From assembly GCA_045635765.1 (NCBI GenBank), contig JAZTWH010000070.1, forward strand, positions 1 to 47,315: 47,315 nt of DNA, in the 5' to 3' direction. Each line of letters begins with the position of its first letter. Within the stretch, counting starts at the first letter, position 1. The translations under genes were made by a program, and so were the position numbers. The notes under the pieces are model-generated. The model did no database searches and was not told where the DNA came from. It saw only the letters and a list, made by a program, of their open reading frames with translations. Shown here piece by piece: positions 45,549 to 47,315 of the stretch. This DNA comes from Eubacteriales bacterium (GTDB lineage Bacteria; Bacillota; Clostridia; Oscillospirales; UBA644).

Positions 45549-45944
45549 TTAGTGACACCCGGAGCACCCGGAGCAATTTCCGCCACAGGAATGGGGCTCT
45601 TCCCCGGTAACGTGGAAATTGATAATTTGATAAACGTTATTGACCATTTCCTGAAGTGCTTCCGAAGCTTGAGAAAACTTCTTCATAACGGGATGAGAAG
45701 TCACCTTGTCATAGGCAGCGTTCATGGTATCCCGCATACTGTCAAGCATTTCACCGTTCTGATCTGCAGGGTCCTTTTGGAGCTCATTCATCAGCTGCAT
45801 CCGGCGTAAATTATACTCGCCGATAAACATCTGGAGTTCGGAATCGGTTTCCTGCAAAGCTTTTGCTTCGTTGTAATTCTTGAATTCCTCACTGGCCTCA
45901 ATGGCTTCGCCCAGTTCGTGGGCAAGTTTTGTAAGATCTGTCAT
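45549..45944 (-). CDS. YlbF/YmcA family regulator with Cys-rich C-terminus
   Basis: A.ELG.AI..S.E helical domain; tail CGGNCSGCSGCH; lies between miaB and mutS. Confidence 0.85.
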   Translation of the reverse strand: MTDLTKLAHELGEAIEASEEFKNYNEAKALQETDSELQMFIGEYNLRRMQLMNELQKDPADQNGEMLDSMRDTMNAAYDKVTSHPVMKKFSQASEALQEMVNNVYQIINFHVTGEEPHSCGGNCSGCSGCH

Positions 45945-45987
45945 AATAAATCCTCTTTCTTAATGTTATTTTAAAGTTAAATACGAA

Positions 45988-47315
45988 TTAAATAAGAGCG
46001 GTGCCGTACATTCCCCAGTTTAAAGCACGGTCGATACGCACCGTAATTTTGGTTCCTTCCGGGAAATTGCCCCGAAAATGGACCAGTTTATTGCTATCCG
46101 TTCGCCCGTCGCAAAAGGCTGGATCCCTTTCATTTTGCCCCGTAACCAGTACCGTTACAACCTGTCCGACAAATTTTTGATTTGCCCAGGCTGACAATTC
46201 GCTCTGTAACTGACAGAGTCGGCGATAGCGATCTTTTTTGATGTCGTCGGGAATTTGCCCGTCCATCGTTGCCGCAGGGGTGCCGTTTCGGGGAGAGTAC
46301 AAGAAAGTAAACAATCCGTCAAATCCGACTTGGCGGATCAGGGACAATGTTTCCTGAAAGTCATCTTCCGTTTCCGTGGGGAACCCCACGATGACATCCG
46401 AAGTAAATACCACATCGGGGATACGCTCTTTTGCATAGCGAATCAGTTTCAGATAATCCTCGCGGGTGTATTTTCGGTTCATTAGCTGCAAAATCCGATC
46501 GCTCCCGGACTGGAACGGTAAATGGATATGCCTTGAAACGTGAGAACACTCCGAAATGGTATCAATCAATTTTTTTGAAGCATCCTTGGGATGGGACGTC
46601 ATAAACCGAACGGTATAATCTCCCTCCATAGAATCGATCGACCGAAGAAGATCGGAGAAATCGAAATCAACGTCCAGATCGTTGCAATAAGAATTAACGT
46701 TTTGCCCCAGGAGTGTAATCTCTTTATATCCTTGCTTAATAAGAGACTCCACTTCTTTAATTACAAGCTCCGGAGCACGGCTTCGCTCTCTCCCCCGAAC
46801 GTGGGGAACAATACAGTAGGTGCAAAAATTATTGCATCCGGACATAATTGAGACCCATGCCCGAGTCTTGTCTGACCGACGCACCGGCAGGCCCTCTGCA
46901 ATATTCCCGTCGGAGGGGGCATTGTCGAAAATACGTCCGCCACTCGTCAATATCTGATACAAATTTTCGGGGAAACGGTAGAGTGCGTGAGGACCGAACA
47001 AAAGGTCGACGTGGCGGTATTTCCGACGGATCTCCTCTGCCACGGCAGGTTGTTGCATCATGCATCCGCAGAGGGCAACGATGGTTTCCGGATTTTTACG
47101 CTTCAGGGAAGCCAGCGAACCGACGGTCCCGTAAACTTTTTGTTCCGCGTGATCCCGAACCGCACAGGTGTTAAACAGGATAAAATCCGCCTCTTCCGTC
47201 TGCTCCGTGAAGCCAAAACCCATCTCCGCCAGCATGCCCTTAATATGCTCCGAGTCTGCAACGTTTTGCTGACAGCCAAAGGTACGCACGCAGGCAAGCG
47301 GGGGTGATTCCGGCT
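45988..47315 (-). CDS. miaB: tRNA-2-methylthio-N6-dimethylallyladenosine synthase, 5' end truncated by the window
   Basis: TFGCQQN..DSE, NTCAVR, GC, CNNFCTYC radical-SAM motif, LLGQNVN, D.IVGFP.ET; frame stays open to the window edge. Confidence 0.95.
   Translation of the reverse strand, partial: PESPPLACVRTFGCQQNVADSEHIKGMLAEMGFGFTEQTEEADFILFNTCAVRDHAEQKVYGTVGSLASLKRKNPETIVALCGCMMQQPAVAEEIRRKYRHVDLLFGPHALYRFPENLYQILTSGGRIFDNAPSDGNIAEGLPVRRSDKTRAWVSIMSGCNNFCTYCIVPHVRGRERSRAPELVIKEVESLIKQGYKEITLLGQNVNSYCNDLDVDFDFSDLLRSIDSMEGDYTVRFMTSHPKDASKKLIDTISECSHVSRHIHLPFQSGSDRILQLMNRKYTREDYLKLIRYAKERIPDVVFTSDVIVGFPTETEDDFQETLSLIRQVGFDGLFTFLYSPRNGTPAATMDGQIPDDIKKDRYRRLCQLQSELSAWANQKFVGQVVTVLVTGQNERDPAFCDGRTDSNKLVHFRGNFPEGTKITVRIDRALNWGMYGTALI

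Noticed and set aside
1-47315. CRISPR array, transposases, and the many short overlapping ORFs in the track
   Set aside because: I saw no spaced direct repeats or transposase motifs. The short ORFs are shadow frames of well-supported genes.

Overview
Mostly core chromosome of an endospore-forming Firmicute, probably Clostridia (inferred from gene content). Left part, mainly + strand: a hairpin-rich non-coding stretch (1-560); a DUF218 / YtvI / flavin-reductase cluster; a gerA-type operon in A-C-small ORF-B order; tRNA-Leu followed by an AT-rich remnant; marR-degV; trmL; tRNA-Arg; type II pantothenate kinase; ylbJ-helD converging on an uninterrupted sigK; tRNA-Lys; CPBP protease-sua5-coaE-M18 aminopeptidase; a stand-alone fused E1 alpha/beta dehydrogenase divergent from a 2353-aa cyclic beta-1,2-glucan synthase-like gene; lgt-folD; tRNA-Thr; a methyltransferase; a GT2 glycosyltransferase; and a Xer-type tyrosine recombinase. 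Right part, all - strand: miaB(partial)-ylbF-mutS-mutL-miaA-hfq-hlyD-like-yggS-sepF-divIVA-lspA-rluD. The most notable signal is a perfectly symmetric 11-6-11 dif-like site (33870-33897) about 100 bp upstream of the xer gene, close to where gene orientation flips, which suggests a self-contained single-Xer/dif terminus module. Other leads are candidate small RNAs at the left end and an att-like scar at tRNA-Leu. I saw no CRISPR array, transposase or prophage. All calls come from motif recognition by eye; no searches were run.
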